From an uncultured Gammaproteobacteria bacterium (GTDB lineage Bacteria; Patescibacteriota; Microgenomatia; Levybacterales; UBA12049), in assembly GCA_965230895.1 (NCBI GenBank), contig OZ246394.1:377316-441315 (forward strand): a stretch of DNA of 64,000 bases, in the 5' to 3' direction. Below the pieces are notes generated by a model. That model was not told the DNA's origin. It searched no databases and saw only the letters and a list, made by a program, of their open reading frames with translations. Both the position numbers and the translations under genes were made by a program. The stretch's first letter is position 1. Each line of letters starts with the position of its first letter. Positions 28,806 through 39,260 of this stretch are shown here, piece by piece.

Positions 28806-30566
28806 TTAGTTTGAGGAAAGGAGTTGCTTAACCGATTTATATCCAGGGCGAGGAAGCATATCTGACCCATAGAGACCATCAATACCTGTTTTGATACTGC
28901 TATCATCGTCCTTCCAGAAATTATATCTGTCCGACAGGATCCATATTCTCCAAGCAACACAATTAGCTTCAGATAGACATGTTTGTAAGACAGAAGCATA
29001 TTGCTCAGCCTGCACCCTATCTCCGTCACCACTAAAAACATCTTGCTCAGATACTTGTGCTATATAGCCTAACTTCTGAAGCTGCTGCAAATGCTTCTTT
29101 AATATTTGCGGATCAACTTTATCTTCACTCTCGTAGATATGGGACTGAAAACCAACGCCCACTTGTTTGACGGGAATACCTCTTTCTTCAAGCTGTGGTT
29201 TAAGTCGGGTTAAAAGTGCAACCATTGCATCCCAACGTTCGCCATCATCCTCAAGTCCAAATTCATTGATAAAAAGTCTGGCATTTGGATTCGTATTATG
29301 CGCTGTATCCAAAGCTTCAATGATAAAGTCTTCGCCCATTGCCTGATACCACTTTGTATTTCTCATAAGTTGACCTTCTTCAAACTCATCATAATCTGCT
29401 AACGGTTCATTTATAACATCCCAGGAATTAATTTTATTTCCAAAGTGTCCGACTACTGTTTCAATATGATCATTCATAATGTTTTCGATCACATCTTTCT
29501 CATTTTGTGTGGCTGCTGGCAATTGGTTAAACCAGGCAGGGTTTGCTTCTCCAAACACAAGTGCATGCCCATGTACTTTCATATTATTTTGCTCAGCTAT
29601 TTGTACTAAAGCATCAGCTTTGGCAAAAGAATACACACCACGTTTTGGTTGGAGATTAATCATCTTCATATCATTTTCAGGAGTCATCCCTCCAAAATCG
29701 CTAAGCGCGGCTTTAGCATATTGCGGATCAGAAACAAGCGGACCCAATGCCATCGCACTGCCAATCGTAAAGTCCTGTCTTTTTTTATTTGCAAGTTGCT
29801 GCAAGCTTTCCGTTGAAGAGTGATCTACTTTTATAGTTGCTCCATCAGCAAGGACAAATGAATTATTCTTAAGTTCAAGGCTCTGGAGACCCCATGCTTT
29901 ATCTTGCGCATCAAGGCCAAACCATATTTTACCTAACTTAAAGATGCCCGGATCATTGATGGTTCCAACTTCTTGCTTATTCACGATAAAAGTAAAGATG
30001 TTAGATTTCTTCTGAATCGTCAATTGCATGGTTCCAGCAGGCGTATATTTAAATTCGCGGACAGCTGTAGGGTTTTGGTTCGTTCCATCCCAAACTTTTA
30101 CAACCAATGAGCTCTTCGTAACAGCAACTTGGATGCTTTCACGCTCAATACGGAATTCGTCCGCTATAATTGGAACATTTCCGTAGAGTTGGATTGTCCC
30201 TGAGGCACTATCCTGCAAGTCAATCTTGCTTATAACAGAAAAGTCACCTTTAAGGTTTTCGATATGTGTTCCTGCAAGATTAATGGGTAGATTTTTTTGT
30301 ACAACTTTACCCTCTTGGTCAACGATACTAGTGTCTAAAGGTTGCACTTCCAAGCCGTTCTCAGTTTTTTGAACACCTGGCATATACTTCCAGTTTGCAT
30401 TTAATAAATTGTCATCTTTTTCAATTGGTTGTTTTTGATAATTCACAGTTGGGCTTCCTTTCTTCTCAAATTGAGCTGTAATTATACCTGCTGCGAGTAA
30501 CAGCACTCCTCCTGCAAGCAATAAAATACGATATTTCGTGTTGTCGAGTTTTTGTTTGTTTTTCAT
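28806..30566 (-). CDS. Membrane-anchored GH10 glycoside hydrolase (endo-xylanase-like) with N-terminal beta domain
   Basis: TPENDMK, HGHALV, WDVINEP, FINEF, GFQSH, VSEQD. Confidence 0.9.
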   Translation of the reverse strand: MKNKQKLDNTKYRILLLAGGVLLLAAGIITAQFEKKGSPTVNYQKQPIEKDDNLLNANWKYMPGVQKTENGLEVQPLDTSIVDQEGKVVQKNLPINLAGTHIENLKGDFSVISKIDLQDSASGTIQLYGNVPIIADEFRIERESIQVAVTKSSLVVKVWDGTNQNPTAVREFKYTPAGTMQLTIQKKSNIFTFIVNKQEVGTINDPGIFKLGKIWFGLDAQDKAWGLQSLELKNNSFVLADGATIKVDHSSTESLQQLANKKRQDFTIGSAMALGPLVSDPQYAKAALSDFGGMTPENDMKMINLQPKRGVYSFAKADALVQIAEQNNMKVHGHALVFGEANPAWFNQLPAATQNEKDVIENIMNDHIETVVGHFGNKINSWDVINEPLADYDEFEEGQLMRNTKWYQAMGEDFIIEALDTAHNTNPNARLFINEFGLEDDGERWDAMVALLTRLKPQLEERGIPVKQVGVGFQSHIYESEDKVDPQILKKHLQQLQKLGYIAQVSEQDVFSGDGDRVQAEQYASVLQTCLSEANCVAWRIWILSDRYNFWKDDDSSIKTGIDGLYGSDMLPRPGYKSVKQLLSSN

Positions 30567-30687
30567 AATTTTGCTCTACTTTATTATTATCCTGTTATAA
30601 AATATAGTAAAGAGGACAGATACGGATAGCCGTAAAAGCAGGTATATAGTATACCATATTTAGCCTCGACAACCTAATTGGGAGGGT

Positions 30688-31308
30688 TTATTTCGTTTCA
30701 ATACTGACAAGTTCTGCTCGAACCATGTGTCTGTAAATATCATTTGGTCCATCACATGTGATCAAAGTCACTGATGGTTTTTCTGTGGGATAAAAAACAT
30801 CAACTTGTGTAGGTTTGATTGTTTTGATAGTGGTTACTTTATATGTGGCCTTGTAATTTTTTCCGTACAAGACGATTTCTTGTCCGACTTTAACATCTTT
30901 AATTGGGAGAAAAGCATTTGCCTGTGCGTGTCCAAAAAGACCGACATTACCATCTTTGGTATTTACCAAACTTGTACCTTCTGCATAGTTCGCTACTGCT
31001 GGTTGTACTTCCCACGTCCCGTTTTTAAGTGGTACTGAAACAACTTTCTTATCCAATTTAATACTCTCGATAACGATTCGTTCTGGTTTAAATGTTTTGT
31101 TCTTTACAGCGTCTTCAGTTGTTTCAGTACCACAATCAGTTGTGCAGGCATTGGTCTGTGTTTGCCACGACAAACCCTGCACCCATTCTGAAATGTTACT
31201 TCCATTGAAGAATTCATTCTTCAAAGAGCCTAACTGTATCAGTGAAGCTAGGACTGTGATTGTTAGTATCACAGCAAACGTATTCAGTTTCATGCGTAAA
31301 ACTTTCAT
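30688..31308 (-). CDS. Sortase (class D/E-like), catalytically intact
   Basis: NVGLFGH, VTLITC and YRHMVRAEL give the His-Cys-Arg triad; N-terminal TM. Confidence 0.88.
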   Translation of the reverse strand: MKVLRMKLNTFAVILTITVLASLIQLGSLKNEFFNGSNISEWVQGLSWQTQTNACTTDCGTETTEDAVKNKTFKPERIVIESIKLDKKVVSVPLKNGTWEVQPAVANYAEGTSLVNTKDGNVGLFGHAQANAFLPIKDVKVGQEIVLYGKNYKATYKVTTIKTIKPTQVDVFYPTEKPSVTLITCDGPNDIYRHMVRAELVSIETK

Positions 31309-31313
31309 AAACC

Positions 31314-31493
31314 TTATTTGTTGAACATGTAACGACTGATATGTCCTACCAACATAATAAGTAATAATGTATTTACAGCGACAAATCCAACCGCAATAAG
31401 TGGGTGCACTTTGTCAGCAAGCATAAGACCTGCGGCTGATGTAGCTGGTAATGTTGTTGCTGCTCCTACTAATCCTTTTCCATATTCGTTCAT
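31314..31493 (-). CDS. 59-aa LPATS micro-peptide with C-terminal TM (not in ORF track)
   Basis: MNEYGKGLVGAATTLPATSAAGLMLADKVHPLIAVGFVAVNTLLLIMLVGHISRYMFNK; SD AAGGAGGTGA at 31501-31510; paralog at 42746-42931. Confidence 0.88.
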   Translation of the reverse strand: MNEYGKGLVGAATTLPATSAAGLMLADKVHPLIAVGFVAVNTLLLIMLVGHISRYMFNK

Positions 31494-31534
31494 AATCTAA
31501 TCACCTCCTTCTTGACTCGCCCTAAGGGCGGGTA

Positions 31535-32791
31535 TTACCTGGTTCCCCAGGCTGTTGAGTAACCAACTCTACGAAACGCAGAGTGGCCAAGCGAAATTAT
31601 ATAAGTAAGTGTCGAAAGGATAGATTTGGTCACGATATTGTAGAAATAAAATAAATATGAGCCAAACAATACCAGACTTAAGAAGTTGCTATAAATAAAT
31701 TCTGGTAATATAGAGAGTTTTATCAACCAATCGTTCGTATCACGATCAGCATACTCACGCATAACTATGATGTTATAAATTGTTGAAATAGCAAAACTAC
31801 CCCATGCCAGGAAAATAAGTACAGGAATTAAGCCTTGTGTTCGTGTATAGCTATCAGCAAACATAAACGACAGACCAACCAATACAAACAAACTTAAGAA
31901 AGAAGCATGGCCGACAAAATCTTGAAAGACTGAAGGAATATTTCTCCAATGCTGAGCAAGGACGTGCAAACCACCGCTTGTCCAACGTGCTCGTTGCTTC
32001 CAAAGTGCTTCTGCAGTTTCTGGTACCTCTGTCCATGCAATTGCTTTTTTAGCAATTTTTACTTCCCAACCTTGTATCTTCAATCGTGCTGTAATGTCAT
32101 AATCTTCAATCAAATGACCTGTACTAAATCCATTAATTGATTCAAGCACTTCCATTCGGAAAGCTGTAAGCATTCCTTGCATGACCAATGGCCCTTTCAA
32201 GAAGCCATTATCTGAGATTTTGGTGATATTAAAGCCATGATACTCGAGTCCTTGGAGACGAGTTACTATGTTTTTATTCTTATTTGTAATTCTGACTTGG
32301 GAGCAAACGGCTCCAATTTTATAACTTGAGAATAATGTGTTTACCATATTTGGTATCGTTTCTTTATTGATGACTACATCATCATCGAAGGTGAATACCG
32401 CATCAGGCTTAATAGCAAGTGATTGGAGATATTCAATTCCATAATTTAACGCACCAGCTTTTAAGGTGTTTTTCGGAGTTCGTAGAGAAACTATCTGAAG
32501 ATTGTTCGCTGCGAGCCAATTAATCTTACTGAGCACAGGTGCTGTATCAACGTTTAAAGGAGTACAATCATCGACTACTACTACAAGTACTTTTGAATGG
32601 TATTTTACGATTGATTCAACGAGTTGTACGGTCATTTCACTCGGACGGAAGGTCGGGATAATGACTGCTACGTTTTTTCTTGAGAAGACTGATCTTGTAT
32701 GTATACTTACTGGCTTTTTCGGCACAAAGAAATGGCCGACCTGTGCGACTGTTTCTATAAGGTTCTGGTTTAATTTAGTCTTACGATTCAT
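31535..32791 (-). CDS. Processive GT2 glycosyltransferase (PgaC/IcaA-like)
   Basis: VVDD, KAGALN, FDDD, IEDY, QRARW; C-terminal TMs; start reassigned because the track's TTG falls in the -35 box. Confidence 0.88.
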   Translation of the reverse strand: MNRKTKLNQNLIETVAQVGHFFVPKKPVSIHTRSVFSRKNVAVIIPTFRPSEMTVQLVESIVKYHSKVLVVVVDDCTPLNVDTAPVLSKINWLAANNLQIVSLRTPKNTLKAGALNYGIEYLQSLAIKPDAVFTFDDDVVINKETIPNMVNTLFSSYKIGAVCSQVRITNKNKNIVTRLQGLEYHGFNITKISDNGFLKGPLVMQGMLTAFRMEVLESINGFSTGHLIEDYDITARLKIQGWEVKIAKKAIAWTEVPETAEALWKQRARWTSGGLHVLAQHWRNIPSVFQDFVGHASFLSLFVLVGLSFMFADSYTRTQGLIPVLIFLAWGSFAISTIYNIIVMREYADRDTNDWLIKLSILPEFIYSNFLSLVLFGSYLFYFYNIVTKSILSTLTYIISLGHSAFRRVGYSTAWGTR

Positions 32792-32859
32792 ACTATGAGT
32801 CGTATTATAACCTATAATAATGTGGATTGTCAAGTACTATGGGGCTAAATTTTGGGTAT

Positions 32860-32891
32860 AAAAAAAGCACGGGTATTTCTATACTCGTGCT
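32860..32891 (-). terminator. Intrinsic terminator after deacetylase-CBM gene
   Basis: AGCACGGGTAT/ATACTCGTGCT stem with A7 on + strand (U-tract on - strand). Confidence 0.75.
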
Positions 32892-32912
32892 ACTTAAAAC
32901 GACTAATAAGCC

Positions 32913-35243
32913 TTATTTACTAAGACTTACTGAGTCGATGTACAAGTTAAATGTACTATTTGGTGTTGTGTAGTATTGCAATCTTACTTTATTAACATTT
33001 GCACTTGTTGGAACATATTGGAATGATTGTACTCCAGTTGTTGGACCCGTAACCATACCCTTCCATTGTCCTGAAAGCCAATTTCCTGCTGCATCGTATT
33101 CATCGATGTAGAATCCGAATTCACCTGTTCCTGTAAGAGCACTGATGAATTGTGACCATGTGTATGTTGTAGCAGGTGTTACTGTGATCATGTCACTGAA
33201 TGCATGCGCATAATTTGTGTTAGCTGCGATGTGCAAACTGTTCGCTCCAGCATTCCCCTTTGTTGTTGTATCAACTGAGAAGTCAGATGTATCTCGTGTC
33301 CAGTTAGCTGCGAATCCACTTGTTACTGTTTCGAATCCACCATTTACTACCAAGTTTGTTGCAGGTGTCCCTGTTGGCGCAACTGTTGGAGTTGCACTTG
33401 GTGTTCCTGTAGGAGTACTTGTTGGTGTAACACTAGGCGTACCTGATGGTGTTGCTGTTGGAGTTACACTTGCTGCTGTATTAGTTAATGCATAGTTATC
33501 AACTGTAGCTGTTCCTGTTGAATTAGCTGTAAGGTATGTTTGGACTCGGATTGAGTTAACCAACGTTGATGTTGCTTTGTAAGCTCGTGAGAATGTTGAT
33601 GTAACACCATTTGCTACTGCGCCCAACCATTGACCTGAAATCCAAGTACCTTGTGCATTGTATTCGTCGATGTAGAAGCCAAGTTCGCCTGATGTTAATC
33701 CACCTGTGTTTGCTACTGCACTAAAGTTATATGTAGCTGCTGTATCGATTCCAGAAACAGTTTGGAATAAGTGAGCTGCTGCTGTATTACCTTTTATAGA
33801 TGCTTCACCATTCGCTGCTGTAACGTTTACTGTGTTATCAGTTGTCCAAGGAGTCAAACCATCTGTGAATGATCCATTAACGATAACATTATTCGCTGCT
33901 GGAGTTGGAGTTACACTTGGTGTACCTGATGGTGTTGCTGTTGGTTCAGCACTCGGTGTAGGTGTAACACTTGGTGCACCATCAATGTTGTTCAAGTTAA
34001 CACTATCAATGTATGCTGTTCCTGTAGCTCCACCTGTAAGGTAGGTTTGGACTCGAACTGAGTTCACAAGGTTTGAAGTTGCATTGTAAAGCTTTGTGAA
34101 GAACCCAACTGTACCGTTTGTAACCATACCTAACCATTGTCCTGAGATCCAGTTACCGTTCGCATCATATTCATCGACATAGAATCCGAGTTCACCTGCA
34201 GTCAAACCTGTTGCATTATAGAATGCATCAAGGATGTAACTAGAGTTAAATGAAACATTTGTCAAACCTGAGAATAAGTGAGTAGCTGAAGCAGCACCTG
34301 TCATACTAACTGATTGTGTTGGTGAACCGTAGTTACCATGGTTAGCATTGTCAGCTTTTACTGCTGTTGCATTATCTGTGTTCCATCCATTTGCAAGTCC
34401 TGCTTCAAATCCTGAGTTTTGAAGTACATTTGCTCCAGGGATAGTGATACCTTGCTCTGTTGTAACAACTTGGATTTGTCCTGCGTTAACCTTTGTTTGA
34501 ACATAATTCGCCATTGTTGTAAGGTTTGCTGTTGTTACTGTGTATTCGTAATTAGGGTTCTTTGCAACTGCTGTGTCATGGAAGACAAGAATTAACCATT
34601 GCTTGTTTGCAATTGCTTGATCAACCCATGCTTGTACTTGTGCTGGTGTTGTCGCGTCATTAACATCTTGTACCATCAAGATAGCTCTATTATAAGGTGC
34701 ACTGTTTAATGCATCTCGATCTTGGAAAGCTCGATGTGATTTGTAGTATTTAAGGATTTCTGCAATTGTGTTGTTGTCATATGCTCCAAATGGTGAAGCA
34801 AAATTAGTAACGTTTAATCCATTTGCTTGGAATGCTGTATTTGAAGTTGTTAATTCAGCTTCATTTTGTGTAGCTGTAACTGTAGGCATTTCTACGTGAG
34901 TTCGTGTGTGACCACCAATTTCCCATCCATAAACATCTTGCAATTCTCGTACCTGTGCCCAAGTAATTCCTGGCTGATTATCATCCAAAGTAATTTGGCC
35001 ATCTGGAACTCCTGAAGTTAGGTAAAGAACACCATCGATTCCTCGTGCTTCAAGAATTGGAGCTGCAAGTGTTCGAGTAGATGCGAAACCATCATCAAAT
35101 GTGAAAGAAACTCGTGCCTTATTAAGTTCTGAGAGGTTAGTTATTTTAGCTGCTGATGCTACTGGAGCTTGTGACAAAACAAGAGCCGCCATCAATGCGA
35201 AAGCGGTCAAAGACTTTACTACTTTGTTTACTAAGTTGTTCAT
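32913..35243 (-). CDS. Secreted polysaccharide deacetylase with three CBM4/9-like repeats
   Basis: Signal peptide; FTFDDG, EIGGHTRTH, ASPFG, LVFHD; 3x N(S/G)(G/S)F...GE(L/F)GFY(V/I)DEY...W(I/L)SGQW separated by PT linkers. Confidence 0.88.
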   Translation of the reverse strand: MNNLVNKVVKSLTAFALMAALVLSQAPVASAAKITNLSELNKARVSFTFDDGFASTRTLAAPILEARGIDGVLYLTSGVPDGQITLDDNQPGITWAQVRELQDVYGWEIGGHTRTHVEMPTVTATQNEAELTTSNTAFQANGLNVTNFASPFGAYDNNTIAEILKYYKSHRAFQDRDALNSAPYNRAILMVQDVNDATTPAQVQAWVDQAIANKQWLILVFHDTAVAKNPNYEYTVTTANLTTMANYVQTKVNAGQIQVVTTEQGITIPGANVLQNSGFEAGLANGWNTDNATAVKADNANHGNYGSPTQSVSMTGAASATHLFSGLTNVSFNSSYILDAFYNATGLTAGELGFYVDEYDANGNWISGQWLGMVTNGTVGFFTKLYNATSNLVNSVRVQTYLTGGATGTAYIDSVNLNNIDGAPSVTPTPSAEPTATPSGTPSVTPTPAANNVIVNGSFTDGLTPWTTDNTVNVTAANGEASIKGNTAAAHLFQTVSGIDTAATYNFSAVANTGGLTSGELGFYIDEYNAQGTWISGQWLGAVANGVTSTFSRAYKATSTLVNSIRVQTYLTANSTGTATVDNYALTNTAASVTPTATPSGTPSVTPTSTPTGTPSATPTVAPTGTPATNLVVNGGFETVTSGFAANWTRDTSDFSVDTTTKGNAGANSLHIAANTNYAHAFSDMITVTPATTYTWSQFISALTGTGEFGFYIDEYDAAGNWLSGQWKGMVTGPTTGVQSFQYVPTSANVNKVRLQYYTTPNSTFNLYIDSVSLSK

Positions 35244-35386
35244 ATATAAAATTGGACAGTTTCATATTGAGCAGATTACATCTATTTATATAGATGAGAA
35301 TCGGATGATATCATAGATAGGCAAAGTATGTCAACAGGAGATTGCTAAGTTTCTGGTTGTTTTACTTATTCTATTCAGAATGTATG

Positions 35387-38023
35387 TTATTTGTATAGAG
35401 GGTTTTTTAAAAGATAGTCATTTATAATAATTTGTTCCTTTACTATTTTTTCAAAATCTACATCTGAATTTAACGCAAAATCAGCATTTTTGAAGTTTTG
35501 ATTAAAGAAAATTACTGCTTTAATCTTAGGATAGCTTGGTAATGTTACAAGAGCGTCTTTAAACCACTGTTCTTTATCTCCACCTTTACTTGTCGTGGAT
35601 GTTTCTGCAAGCATAATTGGTTTGTTCAATTTATCCAATTCTCCATAGGCTTTACCTATTGTTTGATCAAGAGTAAGCCATTTTGTTTTTGCATTTGAAC
35701 TTCCCCAATTAAATCCACTGAACCCTACCCAATCAACATACTCATCGCCTGGGTAATATGAAAGCATTGATGATGTACTTCCATGACTGTCTGTATTATT
35801 AGGAGCCCAGACCCAGACAACATTGGTTGCACCTTCTTCTTCAAAGATGTTATGAACATGTCTCCACATCGCGATATATGTTTTAGGGTCATTTTTGCTA
35901 CCCCACGGATACCAATCTCCATTCATCTCATGCGCAAATCGTAAGAAAACAGGCTGTTTAAAATCAGCTGCCTCTTTTGCAAATTTTCTTATGTACTCAT
36001 CATGGTCACCTTCAATGATTGATTGGGGAGAATAAATATTCTTCGCGGAAGGATCAGTACTAAATTTTTTAGATTCCCATGGTTCCCAAGTAATTATTGG
36101 AACAAGATTATTTTCAGAAAGTTTTTGTACATATACTTTGTCAAATGTATTGGTTGATGACCAATCCTGATAGTACATACTTAAAGATGTTTTTTCCTCA
36201 GGTATTGTAGTTAACTTAAAGTTGTTTGAATGAGCATTAAGAGAGGGGTGATAATATCCATAGTATACACCACTTGCCGGAACCAATAACTCTTTTTGAG
36301 GAGTTGGTGAAATTTGCTCGCTTAAGGTTTTCAAACTGGCAGATGTTTGAAATTCTGGGATAGTGGTGACATAATAACCAATTAATCCCATGACTACTAC
36401 TGCCGTTAAACCGCGTGTCAATAAAGAATAACCAAAGGTGTTACTCATGATTCGTGAAGTACTATTTTTGATTGCGAATACTATGTTTTCGAAAACTGAA
36501 AAGTCGTAATTTTCTCTAACGATAAGGTAAAATCCTAAACTCAATATAATGACATCAAAAGCAGCCCAAAAGAAATTAAGAAGAGCACCTACATTACCAA
36601 CGGCATGTTGATACCCGTACAATAACCCACATGCTAATAAAATAGCGACAATCCCTTGAAGTTTATAAACAGCGAAAGGATTTTCTTTCTCATATTTCTT
36701 AATAGTTACAATAAAGGAAAGTTCTTTTTTAAACACACTCGAAAGGAATGCGCTTACAAATATTGGAAACGAAGCAATATCTAGTACAAGACTTTTGATA
36801 GGATTTCGGAAAAGTGTAGCATAAAGGATACTGTTATACAGTAACAACGGACCATAAACAAATGCGAGATACTGCCATGTATTTGCATTTACAAGGGCAA
36901 GACCAAAGAATAAATATGGTAATGGAGCAAGCATTAGGATCAAATCACGAACACCGATCAAATAATATGATGCAGATAACAAATAATGAAACTTTTGTCT
37001 TATTGTTAAAGGACCAAATACTATTTGTTTTAGGTAATGAAATGAAACATCAAAACTTCCTTTTGCCCAACGTTGTTGTTGACTAAAGTATTGTTTCAAT
37101 GAAGAAGGAGCAATACCTTCAGCGAGGACTTCAGGAATAAATACACCTTTACTGCCTCTTAAATGAAGCTCCAACGAAGTTGCATAGTCTTCAGTAATAA
37201 ACTTAGTATCCATTCCACCAATGCTATCTAATGCGCTTCTTCGAATCGCAAAATTTGTACCGCATAAGAAAAGTGCATTATCATGTCCTTTAGAGTCACA
37301 TATGTGGTCAAAGAAGAAGATTTGATGCGCTGCAGAAGCTTTTGCAACCCATGTTTTTTCATTTTTGTATCTTTGTGGACTTTGCGCAAAATCAATTGAA
37401 GGATTATTAAATGGTTTAGCTATCTCAGTTAGGAAATGCTCTTTTACAGCAAAATCGGCATCAAGTACAATATCTAATGTATTAAAAGCATCTTGTGCTG
37501 GAATTTCTCGCAGACCATTATTGATATTACCTGCCTTAAATCCTCCACCTACAGAACGTGCAATATGGATTACATCCAGCTCTTCTGCTAAGGCTTGAAT
37601 GTCTCTCCAATTGTCTTTATTTGCAGCTTTACCGTCATTTAATACGATAACTTTAGGTTGTACATTTGGGTTAGTAGTACTAATGTAATAATCTCTAGCT
37701 TTCTTTGCTGCCAAAATAGTTTCTCTTATTACTTCTTCTGGCTCTCCGCAGACGCAAATAAACATATTCATTTCTACATTCTTATTCTCATTTACCGCAG
37801 TGTAACGTCTGTATTTTCGAGGCCAAAGAGAATAAAACATTCCATAGAGATGAAATATTGTATGGAGTTCAGCAATGAAAAGAATAATACTAAACACCAT
37901 CAAGGCTGGGGAGAAATTAATAAAAGTAATTCTATAGAAGAAATAGACAGTAAGAAGCATCGCTCCGCTCAGAAGAAGGGAACGCAATCCTATACTTTTT
38001 AAGAACGTCTTAAAATCATTCAT
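35387..38023 (-). CDS. Cellulose-synthase-like GT2 fused to C-terminal GH26 hydrolase
   Basis: LNDG, FKAGNIN, LDAD, QSPQ, FLCGTN, TEDY, QQQRW; then TWEPW, RFAHEMNGDWYPW, YYPGDEYVDWVG, IMLAE. Confidence 0.88.
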   Translation of the reverse strand: MNDFKTFLKSIGLRSLLLSGAMLLTVYFFYRITFINFSPALMVFSIILFIAELHTIFHLYGMFYSLWPRKYRRYTAVNENKNVEMNMFICVCGEPEEVIRETILAAKKARDYYISTTNPNVQPKVIVLNDGKAANKDNWRDIQALAEELDVIHIARSVGGGFKAGNINNGLREIPAQDAFNTLDIVLDADFAVKEHFLTEIAKPFNNPSIDFAQSPQRYKNEKTWVAKASAAHQIFFFDHICDSKGHDNALFLCGTNFAIRRSALDSIGGMDTKFITEDYATSLELHLRGSKGVFIPEVLAEGIAPSSLKQYFSQQQRWAKGSFDVSFHYLKQIVFGPLTIRQKFHYLLSASYYLIGVRDLILMLAPLPYLFFGLALVNANTWQYLAFVYGPLLLYNSILYATLFRNPIKSLVLDIASFPIFVSAFLSSVFKKELSFIVTIKKYEKENPFAVYKLQGIVAILLACGLLYGYQHAVGNVGALLNFFWAAFDVIILSLGFYLIVRENYDFSVFENIVFAIKNSTSRIMSNTFGYSLLTRGLTAVVVMGLIGYYVTTIPEFQTSASLKTLSEQISPTPQKELLVPASGVYYGYYHPSLNAHSNNFKLTTIPEEKTSLSMYYQDWSSTNTFDKVYVQKLSENNLVPIITWEPWESKKFSTDPSAKNIYSPQSIIEGDHDEYIRKFAKEAADFKQPVFLRFAHEMNGDWYPWGSKNDPKTYIAMWRHVHNIFEEEGATNVVWVWAPNNTDSHGSTSSMLSYYPGDEYVDWVGFSGFNWGSSNAKTKWLTLDQTIGKAYGELDKLNKPIMLAETSTTSKGGDKEQWFKDALVTLPSYPKIKAVIFFNQNFKNADFALNSDVDFEKIVKEQIIINDYLLKNPLYK

Positions 38024-38068
38024 GGACTATAGGATATCATAAATACGTCCAAAAGTCAAGCTATAGGT

Positions 38069-39151
38069 CTATAAAGAGGTTTTAAATGCGTTGAGGCTTG
38101 ATGAGGATGAATCTATTCTCCAATCGGCTTCTTTTATTAAATTAAACCAAATAACCTCATTTACCCTTGGAAAAGCGGTATGAATCGAATAGAACATATC
38201 ATTTACCCAAGCTTCTTTATTGCCCCCTTGTTCGGAAGAAGCAATCTCGGCAATTATTATGGGCTTATCATATTGAGCAGCAATATATTGATAGGTTGGC
38301 TGAAAGAGTGCACTAAAAGACCTCCAGCCCCCATAACTACGTGTTGTTCCGAAGTTAAAGCCATCAATACCTATAACATCAACTACATCGCTTCCTGGAT
38401 AATATCCATTTATTTCACTAGGATTTTCTGTTATATTCACGCACCACATCCATTGCACATTCGTAACTCCTTCTTGCTGGAAAACTGTATGTATATGACG
38501 GTAAGCTGCAATATATTCTTCAGGCCTCTTTCCCCACGGATACCAATCACCATTCATTTCATGCCCAAAGCGCAATGTGACAGGACTGCCGTATTGCTTT
38601 ATGGACTGGGCAAATTGTCTTATATATGTATCATGCGTTCCTTGGGAAATTTCTTTAAGGTAATCAACAGCTTGAGATGAGCCTTGTTCAGGGTTCCAGG
38701 GCTCCCAGGCCAGTTGTATTTTTTTCCTGCTTTGTTTACTGTATGTAAGTTGAGTAAGGTTAAAACCTTTATTATTTTGATTCCCAAATTGTTTAAAAAT
38801 AGAAAGTGTTGTTATATTTGTATCTAATTGTTTTTCTAAAGAAGTAACTGTATTTTGGTTATTTGCGTAGTCATCAACTACAACACCAAATAGTAGTGTA
38901 TTATTTTTCGGAACTACTGCTTGTATTGTGGGAGTCGGAGTCACAACTGTAATAGGTTTTGGTTTTGCAGTAGGAGTTGGTGTAATCTCTTGAAATCGAG
39001 TTGCTGTAGTTTTTTGACTGGCAGCAAAGGCTGGTTGTGTTGTTTTAGATTGTGATTTAAAAAAGAATGCAGTGAGCAAGGTACTACTTAAGACGATGAG
39101 AAGGAGCGTTATCATTGTTATATTTTTCTTAGAGAACTTAGTAAATTTCAT
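38069..39151 (-). CDS. Membrane-anchored GH26 glycoside hydrolase
   Basis: AWEPW, RFGHEMNGDWYPW, YYPGSDVVDVIGIDGFN, IIIAE; TM plus PT linker. Confidence 0.9.
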   Translation of the reverse strand: MKFTKFSKKNITMITLLLIVLSSTLLTAFFFKSQSKTTQPAFAASQKTTATRFQEITPTPTAKPKPITVVTPTPTIQAVVPKNNTLLFGVVVDDYANNQNTVTSLEKQLDTNITTLSIFKQFGNQNNKGFNLTQLTYSKQSRKKIQLAWEPWNPEQGSSQAVDYLKEISQGTHDTYIRQFAQSIKQYGSPVTLRFGHEMNGDWYPWGKRPEEYIAAYRHIHTVFQQEGVTNVQWMWCVNITENPSEINGYYPGSDVVDVIGIDGFNFGTTRSYGGWRSFSALFQPTYQYIAAQYDKPIIIAEIASSEQGGNKEAWVNDMFYSIHTAFPRVNEVIWFNLIKEADWRIDSSSSSLNAFKTSL

Positions 39152-39260
39152 GATCCAGTGTGAGCACGATCAGGATATATGAAATCACTTAATGTGTCAA
39201 GAAGATATTTGCTGTTTAGCCTGATTTAACAGGAGAATTGCGTAAGAAGATCGCGTAAGC

